The position numbers and the translations under genes were made by a program. From Catajapyx aquilonaris (Eukaryota), in NCBI GenBank assembly GCA_000934665.2, contig JYFJ02003858.1, positions 1 to 36,968 on the forward strand: 36,968 bases of DNA, given 5' to 3'. Shown piece by piece: positions 10,895 to 21,682 of the stretch. Every line of letters starts with the position of its first letter. The first letter of the stretch is position 1. Under the pieces are notes generated by a model, which was not told where the DNA came from, did no database searches, and saw only the letters and a program-made list of their open reading frames with translations.

Positions 10895-12384
10895 TGTCTA
10901 TGGAAATTCGTCCCCATTTCTGTGTTCCTTGAGTCACTTGTAATTCATAATGACCATCCATTTTGTCTGAAATTTGTTTTTGACCTCTGGGCAGTCAAAA
11001 AAACCAAATTTCTCGACAAATTGGGATCATTCCAAATCAAGTAGCCCAAAATGTTGCTAGACCATCTCAGATTTTGCTGAGAAAAATCACAGCTGTCCAA
11101 ACATATGCTATAACACTGCCTGTCAAGTTTCAGCTATATTTCGCAATACCGTGGGAATGTGAAAAATCTCGAAATTTTGGAAATAGCTGATAATGAGGCC
11201 TTTTTTGGATAATTTTTTTCGTTAGTGGAAATGGTCAAAACCCAATAAGCATGTATATCAAATGAAAGAGAATGAGGAGGAGAATGCACCTATGGAATTT
11301 GTTTTACTGAAATTTGTAACCAGAAAAACCTGTGTGGCACTCCATTGGTCACAAGCTCAGTCACTTGTCCAAGAATCTTGACTACGAAAATGAGTGACAC
11401 AATTGCGTAACATCAGTCATATTTGGTGACAGCAGTTGCGATCCACACAAGGTGATTTGCGAGAAAAGGGGAGGTGTAGATGGCCGAGATGGTAACGTCT
11501 CGGCTTGCTGAGTGAAAGGCCCCAGATTCGATCCCCGCCTGGGGAGTTCCCTTTCACCTGCGTCATTAGGGTCTCTGACCTGAATCTTGGAGGTGTCTGG
11601 CAACTTAACCTCCTGGGGAACAGCACATGACCCCTTTTCAGACATTGCACTTGCACTTATGTTCCCTCCCCAAAAATCCCTATCTCTACCCTACATCCTT
11701 GACTCCTCGCATTGGAGATTGAAGTTAATCAGAAAAATGGAGTGAAATGGTGGTATTCCACCCCCCTGAAAGGGCCTACGGGGTAAACAGGATAATAATA
11801 AAAGATTCGCGAGAAAATTATATACTGTATAATTATGTTTTGCGGATATACATACTATCATTGATCATTAATTTTCAAGGACCCAAATTCTTGGACATGT
11901 GACCAATGTAATGCCATCACACACATTATTTTGGTTACATTTTAGAGAACAAATTCCATAGGCGCATACCCCTTGTCATTCTTTTTTGTTTAATATTTAA
12001 TTTCAATTCAACATATAAATGTATATGTTCATTGGGTTTTGACCACCTCCACTAACTGAAAAAATTATACAAAAAGGCCTCATCTTCAGCCCCTTTCAAA
12101 ATTTCACGATTATTTTACTCCCCAAGGGGTTTCGCAATTATTTGGCTGAAACTTAATATGCAGTGGTATGGCATAGGTGTGTACAGCTGTGATTTCTTTC
12201 AGAAAAATCAGAGATGGTCTAGCAAAATAATTCAGCCCACTTGATTCGGAATGACCCCAATATTTTGAGGAATTTGGTTTTTTGACTGCCTCAAGGTCAA
12301 AATCATATTTCAGACAAAATGAATGGTCCTTATGAGTTACAAGTGACCTAAGGAATATGGAAATGGCTATGAATTTCCATGGAC
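10895..12384. repeat. Long degenerate inverted repeat (foldback element) inside the hAT-like element
   Basis: About 10895-11380 matches the reverse complement of about 11885-12384, e.g. GCAGTCAAAAAAACCAAATT and TTGCTAGACCATCTC; includes GGGATCATTCC/GGAATGACCCC. Confidence 0.75.
11468..11803 (+). mobile_element. tRNA-derived SINE (head type C)
   Basis: TGGCCGAGATGGT A-box, GATTCGATCCC B-box, TSD GATT(T/C)GCGAGAAAA. Confidence 0.85.
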
Positions 12385-13079
12385 AAATATCGTGTTGCAA
12401 AGTGTAAGTTGTAGGCTTGTGCAGGGCTTGTGATAGGGTGAGAGAATGCCGGAAAGTACGTGAGAGAAATTCTATGAAACAATATTTCGTTGTCACTTTT
12501 TCATGCAATATTGACATTCTATGAGTTGGGGAACACCGTATTTTGAACTTACATAGTTTGAAAGTTTCGACTCCTCCCGCCTGAAAAAAAAAATCCTGGG
12601 TGTGCCACTGACTCAGAGAAATTTGGCTCAGTTTTGATGATTTTTAATTTGAGAAATATGGATTTCAATATTGCTTTCCATCCATGCGTGACACAGGAGT
12701 ATAGATTCAAAATGGCCTCCATGGTCACATGACCCCAATTTTGCGTAATTAAAAAAAACAAAACGCTCCAAGTAAAAATTACTAATTCAAAGGGGTTTCA
12801 TTTTGAAAAGGGAAAAAACTGAACCCATCCTCACAGATTAGGAAATTTTCTCGCCTGAAAATGCAGAATCCAATGGAAAAAGACCCTCGAAAATTCATCA
12901 ATTTATGTCTACATGTGAAAAATTACACATTACAGTTAAAATCAGTATCTGAAAGAGGTGACAATTCTGCATAAATGTTTCAAGGCCATAAATTCACACC
13001 AATCATATAGAAATTCAATGTGCTTAATATTGAAGTTCTTAATATATTTTCAGATAACACACTTATATGGATTGGCTCA

Positions 13080-13211
13080 TGGAAAATAAATGCGTGGAAT
13101 TTTCATCAGAATACCAGTTACCGCTAATATAGCAGTACCATTGTACTACACTGGTACTGCTAAGTTAGAAGTAACTAGTAGTATGACGAAAATTCCACCC
13201 ATTGTTTTCAG
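13080..13211. mobile_element. Degenerate hairpin MITE
   Basis: GTGGAATTTTC/GAAAATTCCAC and TAGCAGTACCA/TGGTACTGCTA nested inverted repeats. Confidence 0.55.
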
Positions 13212-13388
13212 AAAGGAAACTTTACGAGCAGTAAATTGGAAATTACTTGAGTAAGGCCTATGGTACAGCTTAAATCAATTGGGGAAGGTCTTACGTGTGC
13301 CTGCCTTGTTTCAGTACTTTCATTCCACCACGGAGGTCTTGCTACCCTTTTTTCACTGCAGGGAATGTTTTTGCTCTTATCTATATAG

Positions 13389-13740
13389 TTTTTTCATTAT
13401 TTTATTTATATTTATTTTACCCCATGATACAACTATAAGTCATTATAGGGGGTGGCACACCACCATCAGTTTTCAAACTTGTTTTTCTTCAATCACCATG
13501 CAAGGACTTCAGGATTTAGGGTAGGGATAGGGATTGTTGGGGAGGGGATACTTGTGCAGGTGCAATGTCTTAAACGTTAGGGCCATGTGCAGTCCCCCAG
13601 GTTAGGTTGCCAGACACCTCCAAGGTGTGGGTCAGAGACCCTCCCAATGTAGGTGAAAGGGAACTCCCAGGTAGGGATCGAACCTGGGACCTTTCACTCA
13701 GCAAGCCGAGACGTTACCATCTCGGCCACCACACCTCCCC
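13389..13740 (-). mobile_element. tRNA-derived SINE (head type C)
   Basis: Reverse-complement homolog of 11468; TSD CTCTTAT(C/G)TATATAG. Confidence 0.85.
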
Positions 13741-14057
13741 CTCTTATGTATATAGGCTCAACATTAGCAATAACAATAACAAGAAAACAGGTCCAAAAAA
13801 TTTTATCTTGTAGCACCAGTAATGTCAGAATTAAGGAAAGCGGGGTGAATAAGCAAAACAACAGGCAATGTGTCACGTACCTTCCACTTTTAAATCAGGA
13901 AAAACTCAGCATGCAAATGCCACTCTAGCAGTTGCCAGTTAAGAAGTGGCCAAGCACCTTTTCTCTAACAGGGGACCTAACTGACAACAACGGGATTGGC
14001 TAATGTGCAGCTGAACTGACAGAAAGGTCGGTGGAAGCGACCTTAAGTGATAATAAA

Positions 14058-14246
14058 TACACGCAAAAAGATTGTCGCACTGTATCCGCGTGGCATCCGC
14101 GACTTGTTGTTAATCCTGGGCATTGCCAGGTGACGGATGGTGTGGCTTCTGGAATATCGCCATATAAGCACCTGGCAATGCCCAGGATAAACAACAAGTC
14201 GTGGACATCACACAGATACAATGCGACAATCTTTTTTCACGTTATA
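14058..14246. mobile_element. Tc1-like hairpin MITE adjacent to the FNTB exon 3 donor
   Basis: AAAAAGATTGTCGCA.TGTATC inverted ends; inner TCCTGGGCATTGCCAGGTG / CACCTGGCAATGCCCAGGA. Confidence 0.7.
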
Positions 14247-14254
14247 GTGCATAC

Positions 14255-14367
14255 TTGTCTAAAAACTTCGCAACTTTGGATCCTTCTTCTACTGGGATTA
14301 TCACATCCATCAGATCCAGTGAGTGCAGTATCCAGTACACGACCCATGGCCTGCTTGCATCTAAACA
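14255..14367 (-). CDS. FNTB: FNTB coding exon 3
   Basis: Acceptor ttttgtcag|; encodes CLDASRPWVVYWILHSLDLM...VAKFLD (hallmark CLDASRPW..YWILHSL); ends phase 2 with |GTATGC. Confidence 0.95.
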
Positions 14368-14433
14368 CTGACAAAAAGGCACTGAGCATAATGTTTCTGA
14401 GCAGCACTCTACTTCTTGTACTAAGTCTGATAC

Positions 14434-14577
14434 CGTAAATGATCCAGCCAAGTGAGACAAGCCTTTCTTCAGATAACTGATGTGTTGCTCCCTGTATAAA
14501 AGAGGAACGTCAGGATCTATCTCCGCTCTTTTCCCGAACAAGTCCAGCATTCCCCAAATGGAGTCTTCCACCTGCTT
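14434..14577 (-). CDS. FNTB: FNTB coding exon 2
   Basis: Acceptor ttaatgcag|; encodes KQVEDSIW...PLLYREQHISYLKKGLSHLAGSFT; donor |GTATCA; 144 nt, phase 0/0. Confidence 0.92.
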
Positions 14578-14650
14578 CTGCATTAAAACCACAAAAAATA
14601 TGTTTAGTTCTTCCATTATGTAATTACTGTAGAGAACTGTTATACAGTAA

Positions 14651-15409
14651 TACAGTGAAACCTGCCTACAATGTACACCACATTCAGTAGTAACTTGCCC
14701 ATTATAAATATTTGTCTTGTCTCAGAAGATGACTGAATGATTTTTTCCCCCTGAAACAATTACTCATCAGCAAAGAACGGATTTCTAGGTTTTTCCCTAC
14801 TTTTTATTTTGTAGGCAGAACACCAGAACCGAAATATCAGTTTCATAATACAAGGACTTCAAAAATTGTAGTTTTATAAAACAAAAAATTGCCTATTTCG
14901 GACGTTGGGACCTAATTGGCTTATTAGCGCCTATTTTCTCCTATTTGTGCCTTTTCTTAATATTTTTGGTAGTTTTTACATGTTTTCCATTCAAGTCATC
15001 CCTCCTGTTTCAACATGTGAATAGCGAATAAGCTGTAGCCTATACACAAGCCAGACGAACTGGCTCTCTACAAGACATTTAAATTTTCAAGAATGATCCA
15101 GTTGCTTTGTGCGACGTTGAAAGGTCATTTTCAGCATATAAAGTTGTACTGTCACACCGGCATCGCAGACAAATAATAATGAAAAAACTAAAATATGGAA
15201 CCACAAATAATCAGTTAGTGTTGCAAAACTACATGGTCAAAAGTAGGCTGCTCCATGGGACTAAAAATAAATTATGACCTGCTTGATTTTTAGCGCCTAT
15301 TTAAGAGCCTATTTCAACTGTTTTCAGGACCTAAATGCCTACCTATTTGAGAGTTTTTTAGAACCTAGAAATCCGTTCTTTGCTCATCACGTCATCAGGT
15401 TTTACTGTA
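14651..15409. mobile_element. Tigger-like MITE (host of the hAT element below)
   Basis: TA|CAGTGAAACCTG...CAGGTTTTACTG|TA. Confidence 0.6.
14771..15382 (+). mobile_element. Internally deleted hAT element
   Basis: Perfect 21 bp TIR CAAAGAACGGATTTCTAGGTT, TSD CTCATCA(G/C); internal hAT dimerisation-domain remnant PVALCDVERSFSAYKVVLS at about 15098-15160. Confidence 0.85.
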
Positions 15410-15459
15410 TAACGTTACATGCAGGGTATTTTCTCACTCAGGGTATCCATTCTGCTGAC

Positions 15460-15579
15460 CTGTTCCTCGGAAGTGACAGTTGGCACACCCTCATCATTGT
15501 ATCGGCATTGGGACAAATTTCTACTATTCCGCATGATACACACTTCTTCCGCCAATGGCATTTCCTCGTCGTGATCCAT
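15460..15579 (-). CDS. FNTB: Protein farnesyltransferase beta subunit, coding exon 1
   Basis: ATG at 15579, 40 codons MDHDEEMPLAEE...RYNDEGVPTVTSEEQ, then GT donor (CAG|GTCAGC). Resembles the FNTB N-terminal 'DD.VETVTSIEQ' motif; phase 0 matches the next exon. Confidence 0.88.
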
Positions 15580-15961
15580 GATCGGGTGGATGTAGTTAGT
15601 AGTTTACCGAAACTATTAGCATTGGCCAGCAGCTAGCCAGCAAACCTCGTAACTTGTAGATTGGTAGTAAAATAGCAAAAATGTAAGTAGCACAACGACT
15701 TTCGTCCGTTGCCAATATTAGTAACGTAGGCTACTGTACGCTAGTACGCAATAGAAGGCATCCCCTAGCTAGTCGTCCAATCCTGACTGAATGCATTTTT
15801 GTATGTAGCTAAGCAATGCTTATGTGTTTATTATTATTATTATTATTATTTTAAAGTGTTGCAGCAACATGCAAAATATGTGCAAAATGCATTTTGGGTT
15901 TATTCCTAGCTGTTCTTTACCAATAACCACTTGGTAGGTACTTGCTGTTTACCACAGCAAC

Positions 15962-16622
15962 CAATGACATAGAGAAAATAGACTACCTAACCTAATGCCG
16001 CTAGCCCCATCAACCTGAAGCCGAAAAAACCTTTGGTCCAGGGCACGGCTGTAGAAGACTCAGGTTAGGTCACTCCCCACCCACCCCCTGCCGAAGGATT
16101 ACGCACCGACTGCTCACGTGAGACCTCCACGAGACATTTCCCAGAGCATTTATGTGGCGACCCTACCGGACTAAGGCTGAACTTTATAGGTACGAAGGGG
16201 AGGGCTACATGCCGGCCCAATATGGCCGCCGGCGGCCATATTGGGCCCCCCAATGTAGCCCTCCTCTTCGTACCTATAAAGTTCAGCCTTAGTCCGGTAG
16301 GGTCGCCACATAAATGCTCTGGGAAATGTCTCGTGGAGGTCTCAGTGAGCAGTCGGTGCATAATCCCTCGGCAGGTGATAAGCCCAGAAGATAGGGGTAG
16401 TGTCCGTGGGCTGGTCCAGGGGCAGCCACTTCCAACCTTTTGGTGTGCACCCGTGAGAGGTGGCCGCCGGACCAGGGTAACCTCTATAAGTGCCTCCCCC
16501 ACCCTGGTTAGGGTGGGGGGAGGCAACCATGTAGGGGACCCTGCGCCGGACTGCCTTTCAATTCGAATCAAGATGGCCGCTTGTTGAGAGGTCTATTTTC
16601 TCCGATTTTCTCTATGTCATTG
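15962..16622. mobile_element. P/hAT-like MITE carrying an internal palindrome
   Basis: TIR CAATGACATAGAGAAAAT, perfect 8 bp TSD ACAGCAAC (15954, 16623). Confidence 0.88.
16087..16375. repeat. Spacer-less near-perfect palindrome of about 289 bp
   Basis: Centre between 16230 and 16231 (GGCCCAATATGGCCGCC|GGCGGCCATATTGGGCC); arms match except for a few substitutions and indels. Confidence 0.95.
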
Positions 16623-17522
16623 ACAGCAACTGACGAACGTAATTAACAACAATTGAGAGTACATTGAGTTAGAACTATTCGCTGATAGGACCCTGTAGAC
16701 GCTGGTCTTGAAAATTCAACGTATTGTAAATGACATTTGCCAATACCGCCGGACCAACGCACATAGCTCCTATTGGCCGAGACCAACCTGTTTCCTCTGG
16801 ACCAATCATCATCTTGCATCTGATGCAACGAGGTAGCAGGTAGCTGCCCAGTTGGTGGTTGGTGCGCCTTTGCCTAATGCCTGCTAATGCCTATTATCAT
16901 GCTGCCATAATAATGTTTTAGCTGCGACGGGAGCGACTCAAAAATACACGAAGTCATCTGGAATTCATGCTACTGCAAGTAACTGGGAACACCTCTCGAA
17001 TATACCTAGGTCTGTGCGCAGCCTGGATGAATTTGTGATCCCCCGCCGCGCGTCACATGCTGCTCACTGCTCAGTATAAATGCGAAGTAAATAACGCAAT
17101 ATTTTATTACGCGACATTCTTCGATTGCACACCTATATAATACACAAACGTAGAAAAGTGGTAGGAAGCAATCTGGAAGCACCTGCCTAAACAAATGTAC
17201 CCAACAGTTTGATGGTGATGGGTCATCCCTGCTGGCCTGCCTCCGCACCACTACATCTCAAGCAGCCCGTGAAGCTGCTGGAGCCCTGCAGCCGGTGAAA
17301 GTGTTGGGGCCGGCTGCTGGGGCCAAGCAGACCGGGCAAGAGAGGAGGCGTTGCAATAATCAAAACTTGAAAGGGGGGAGCGGGAAAGAGGGTAGTTAGG
17401 TTGCGGCGGAAATACGGGGGTAGGCGGGGGCAGAGAGTAATCGATGGGCTGACGTGGCCCTCCGACCGAGCGACCTACGGGTGCTTAGCTAGGTAAAGCG
17501 ACGTGTTGATAGAACTGGCCGG

Positions 17523-17991
17523 TGTTACAGCGATTGGGTACGGGGCAAGTCTGGCAAGAGATAGGGGATAGGGAGGGCCGGACTTCTAAACAGGTCTGCC
17601 GGTAGTATCGGCGCTGAGGAGGAGGAGGAGCCATGGTCAGGGTACATCAACTACAGAGCGTTCGCGGCAGGAGCTGACAGGAGAGACACGCAGGTATTTG
17701 CACAAGGGTGGTTAGTGGTGGCTGTGGTGAGTGATGTGTCGGGCAGAACATGCAAGTTAGCAGATCCACAAGAAATGTCAGAAAGTGTGTAGTACAGTTT
17801 GGTGTGTGTAAGAAGTAACATCTTGGTGCAGTATTCTGAAGTTGCACTAGAATGAATTGATGGTGCAGAGTGAGTGTGTGTGTGTGCCTGCCTTGTGTTG
17901 CTGCTTCATGCCAGTGCCATATGCTGTGTTAGTTATTAGTGAACACCCATGTTCTCCTGTTATTAGCTACCAGTATGGTAGGAGAGTAACA
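17523..17991 (+). mobile_element. Possible LTR remnant
   Basis: Begins TGTTAC; GTAACA at 17820 and 17991 are each followed by a TGGTGC PBS-like motif; polypurine tract near 17367; no TSD seen. Confidence 0.3.
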
Positions 17992-18012
17992 GTCTGGTGC
18001 CAAATAGGCATG

Positions 18013-18153
18013 TAATGTACGGAAAATGAGAGAATGATCTGACATCGTTTCTTCTATTGTTGCTTTTTGACAATGGTTACTAATATTGTTTTGTGAGAGT
18101 ATTTCCATGGAAACCGTAATGACGTCAGTCGTTCTCTCATTTTCCGTACAGTA
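18013..18153. mobile_element. MITE
   Basis: TGTACGGAAAATGAGAGAA inverted ends, TA flanks. Confidence 0.7.
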
Positions 18154-18375
18154 GTCATGCTCTTGGTTGTCACCAACTTAATAGAGGGGTGAGGCAACTG
18201 ACAAGTGTCACTGAGCATAGTGCAGTGGTTGATTTAGAAGTGGCATGACTGAAGAGCCAATAGTAGCCTTGGTGATTCGGATCATCCGGACAGTGCATGG
18301 TTGTTTGGTAGTGTGTTGTCTCATCTGATAGCAAACAGTTACATACGTGCCACTGCATCTTCACCAGATACGTTG

Positions 18376-18525
18376 TACAGTGTTGGACATTAATCGAGTC
18401 ATACTGCTAGCAACATTTTCCGAAGCTGCAGAAGAATTAATCTTGCTTGCAAGGCTTGCACTATCCATATCGTCGATTTGTTATTCTGCCGCTTTGGAAA
18501 ATGTCGATTAATGTCCAACACTGTA
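18376..18525. mobile_element. Tc1-like MITE
   Basis: TA|CAGTGTTGGACATTAATCGA...TCGATTAATGTCCAACACTG|TA. Confidence 0.8.
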
Positions 18526-19129
18526 CATATACTGTTCTGAGCAGGAATAAGCACATCTTAATGTATATTGGCGATATAAGTATATGTTACAAAATAATTT
18601 GTTCGCTGTTGGGATGCGTGATATGGTATGAGTGCACCTGATTAGGCTGTCAGATTAGGAGTTACTATTGGTAACAAAGCATGTAAATTTTGTTTGTGAT
18701 AATGTACGTACAAAGATTTGAGACTCATGAACTTTATAAACCATATTTTCTTGAACAGTACTGGCAAGTGGGGCAATCCTGGACACTTGGGGTAATGCTG
18801 AACAAAAAGGGAAGAACTTTTCATATCCCCCATGTGTAATGAAATTAGAATAGTTTGAATGCTAATTCATAACGTAAATATTGTTTCATAGTACTGCTAA
18901 TATTTGGTCCTTTGACTTTTCATATTAATATTTTTGAAAATGCATTTGGAAGCATCCAGTGTTTTACTTTGGCAACAGTGGGAAAAAGTAATGGCTGCTG
19001 CTCCTGGGGTTCAAGCGTGACTGTTGGGCAAGTTATATATTGTGAGTACACTTATTTAAGAGTGTTTTCTAATTAAAATTGTTTTTTTCCCTGTAATTAA
19101 TTGAGTGACTGGGTTGTAGTGAAATATCT

Positions 19130-19325
19130 AGGCAAGAGGTTAGATACTATGTAGGAGCAGTGATACAGTGAAGGGTTCAGTGATGTACAATTTGCTCTTC
19201 ATAAGCAAAGAAAGTTTGTGTGGCCTGAAAAGGAAGATGTGTTGGCACTGTAGATATTCAAGATGTTATAAGAGTGTTGCCTCAGCCTGTGACAGGCAGA
19301 TGAGGAACCATGTTCACTTTTAAGT
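19130..19325 (+). pseudogene. Degraded coding remnant, probably the C-terminus of a DNA-transposon protein
   Basis: Frameshifted segments RYYVGAV, KFVWPEKEDV and DIQDVIRVLPQPV resemble motifs I associate with insect transposase C-termini; not verified. Confidence 0.35.
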
Positions 19326-19676
19326 TAAATTCCATGGCTTCAGTATTGAGTGAAAGCTACAATGCTTGACCATTGGTGTTACAAAATCACAATTTTTTAG
19401 TTACATTACTGAAGCATTGCTGATACAATACACAGTTATTACTTGAGTTAATTTGGTAGTTCATTTCACATGTAATCCAGGGAATCACTCACCTTTGAAA
19501 GTCAAATAGTTTATGCATAAAGTCTAAATAAGTAATGTATTAGTCATACTATTGTTATTACTAATAAGCAATAAATAAAAATGATACACCTACGCATGGG
19601 GATGAGCACTGGTCTTTCCTCAACATAGTATTAAGTGTCTGTGTCAGGATTACCCCTCTTGTGGGCTGAAGCTGAA

Positions 19677-19762
19677 CATCATCATCATAATCATCATCAT
19701 CGTCATGATGATGATGATGATGATGATTATTATTATTATTATTATTATCATTCTTATTATTA
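19677..19762. repeat. Compound microsatellite (CAT)n-(TGA)n-(TTA)n
   Basis: Directly visible; a (GTT)n tract follows at about 19857-19886. Confidence 0.9.
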
Positions 19763-20004
19763 AACGTGATGGCCAGATGCATGTATGTGGTCATCACTGG
19801 CCACCCCTTAAAGGGATCAAGGCTGTGACGAATATGAATGAATGATTATTAAAATTGTTGTTGTTGTTGCTGTTGTTGTTGTTGTTATAGCATCTGAATT
19901 ACATAAAAATGCTTTGTCAATAGCTTCGCATACATCATTTCATTTTTCACTATAGATTTTCCTTAGAAATCTAACTCTTAAATGTGCTAATTTCAATTAA
20001 CTAT

Positions 20005-20348
20005 TTTTTTATTTTTTTTTGCATTACCCCACGGGGGGAGTTACGTACTCCTTAGGGGGGGTGGATTACCACCATTGGGGTTTTTCGTTGGAGCGAGTTA
20101 AGATAGAATCTTATTAGTGTACTCCAAGGGTGGGTGGGAGGGGATGTGCAAAGTGCAAGTGCAATGTCTCTAATCGTCATTTTGTGAACTCCCCCGGGTG
20201 GCTTAGTCTGTCGGAAATTGCCACCCGAAACGAAGCCAGAGCTGGCCCAACTCTGCACGAAAGAAGGTGGGAACCCCAGGTGGGGATTGAACCCGGGACC
20301 TTAACTTCCGTGGGCGCGCGCGTTACCGCGGCGCCACTCCGTCTCCCC
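20005..20348 (-). mobile_element. tRNA-derived SINE (head type B, young)
   Basis: 17 bp TSD TAATTTCAATTAACTAT, poly(A) tail; highly similar to 26549-26890. Confidence 0.9.
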
Positions 20349-20966
20349 TAATTTCAATTAACTATAGAAAGTGTATTAGGATTGCCTTCTTTGGCACTAC
20401 CCTACTTTTGAAAGTATGCATTGGCCACTATGGGGCTCATAATTTGGTTTTCATGCTGCAAAGTTACCTTGCAGTGCTTGCAAAATTGTGTATGTGTAAA
20501 TGTGCAACTGCTATGGGTATGTTCTTATGATGCATTTTTTTTGCAAACATGCTGCAATACATCTTACACAACTGGAATTATTTCAAGTACACACATGGAG
20601 CATCAAAGTGCCTGAGTTGTTTCCTTTTTAAATTTTTGTAATGATTGCAAACAGTGGGACTAATGCTCAGGATGTTTAGGTGAACATGCTCATCACCCAC
20701 TTGTGATGATTTTACTGCTTAAAGAGCTATTAAAATTTATTTCAGCTGACGTGAGCTGCAGTGCATCTTTGGTTATAGGGGATATTAAAAAATAGGAAAT
20801 TATCAGGCTTCATCCTTACAGCCTTGCTTTTCTCAAGGACTACTGTTAGTGTCACGTTGCCGTACAAGGTAATGTGTTTGTAACTGGCATATGAAGAAAA
20901 GTGCCATCTCATTAATTAGTACTGGTATAGTCAACTATTCTTTTATAGTAGGCCTAGGTATTGGAT

Positions 20967-21413
20967 CAGGGAGCATATACTACATAAGAGGCGCAAACTT
21001 CTGTCAGCGCCTTTGATGTCCGCGTCTCTCTGTTTATAGGGCGTTGCCAAGGCTGGCGGCCATCTTGAAGTGTGTGGTGCGCCAACGAGGTATAAATAGG
21101 GTACAGGCAGGCCGTCAAGGTCCGCCATCTTTGATGGTTTTGGCTGTCATGGCAATACACAGCAATAACAATTTACTTACCCATTTTCCAATATCGAATT
21201 CAAATTCGCGCGTGTTATTGCCGTGTATTGCCATGGAAGCCAAAACCATCAAAGATGGCGGACCCCTGCGGACCTTGACGGCCTGCCTGTACCCTATTTA
21301 TACCTCGTTGGCGCACCACACACTTCAAGATGGCCGCCAGCCTTGGCAAGGCCATAAACAGAGAGACGAAAAAAGTCGAATGTTTGCGCCTCTTATGTAG
21401 TATATGCTCCCTG
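20967..21413. mobile_element. P-element-like foldback MITE
   Basis: TIR CAGGGAGCATATACTACATAAGAGGCGCAAAC, 7 bp TSD ATTGGAT; interior largely palindromic. Confidence 0.88.
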
Positions 21414-21682
21414 ATTGGATCATTGGGAGAAATGTTGAATGCCTACAACTTTGACTTCTGAAAGTTTGTAGTGTTGATTCTTGAAGGATTCCTCATAAAT
21501 TACATACAGTGTGATTGCCATTGCATTTAAATTGACACAGACACAGAGTTATAATCCTTATGTTCTTTTCCACTGTGTTGCACTTCACCTCATTTTCAAG
21601 GTCTGTCATTACCTAACTGGATCTTGATGGGTCCTACAACAAGCATAATGTTGTTCAGGGTTTGAGGTGCATCACTTCTTCC

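Larger units (their letters stand above)
10744..12610. mobile_element. hAT-like non-autonomous element enlarged by nested insertions
   Basis: TIR CAGTGGCGCACCCAGG / CCTGGGTGTGCCACTG with perfect 8 bp TSD ACTCAGAG. Confidence 0.85.

Noticed and set aside
15985..16070. CCTAACCTAA / AGGTTAGG motifs as an insect telomerase RNA template or telomeric seed
   Set aside because: Only about two units inside a MITE; such motifs are common in insect TEs and there is no other supporting structure.
16315..16575. Resemblance to RNase P/MRP conserved regions (GGAGGTCTCAG ... CAATTCGAAT) or an HDV-like ribozyme
   Set aside because: The required P4 pairing or nested pseudoknot could not be formed by inspection.
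16065..16587. Overlapping 121-168 aa ORFs on both strands
   Set aside because: By-products of a GC-rich palindrome; no recognisable domain or splice context.
20703..20749. C/D box snoRNA (GTGATGA...CTGA)
   Set aside because: Too short, with no terminal stem or recognisable guide.
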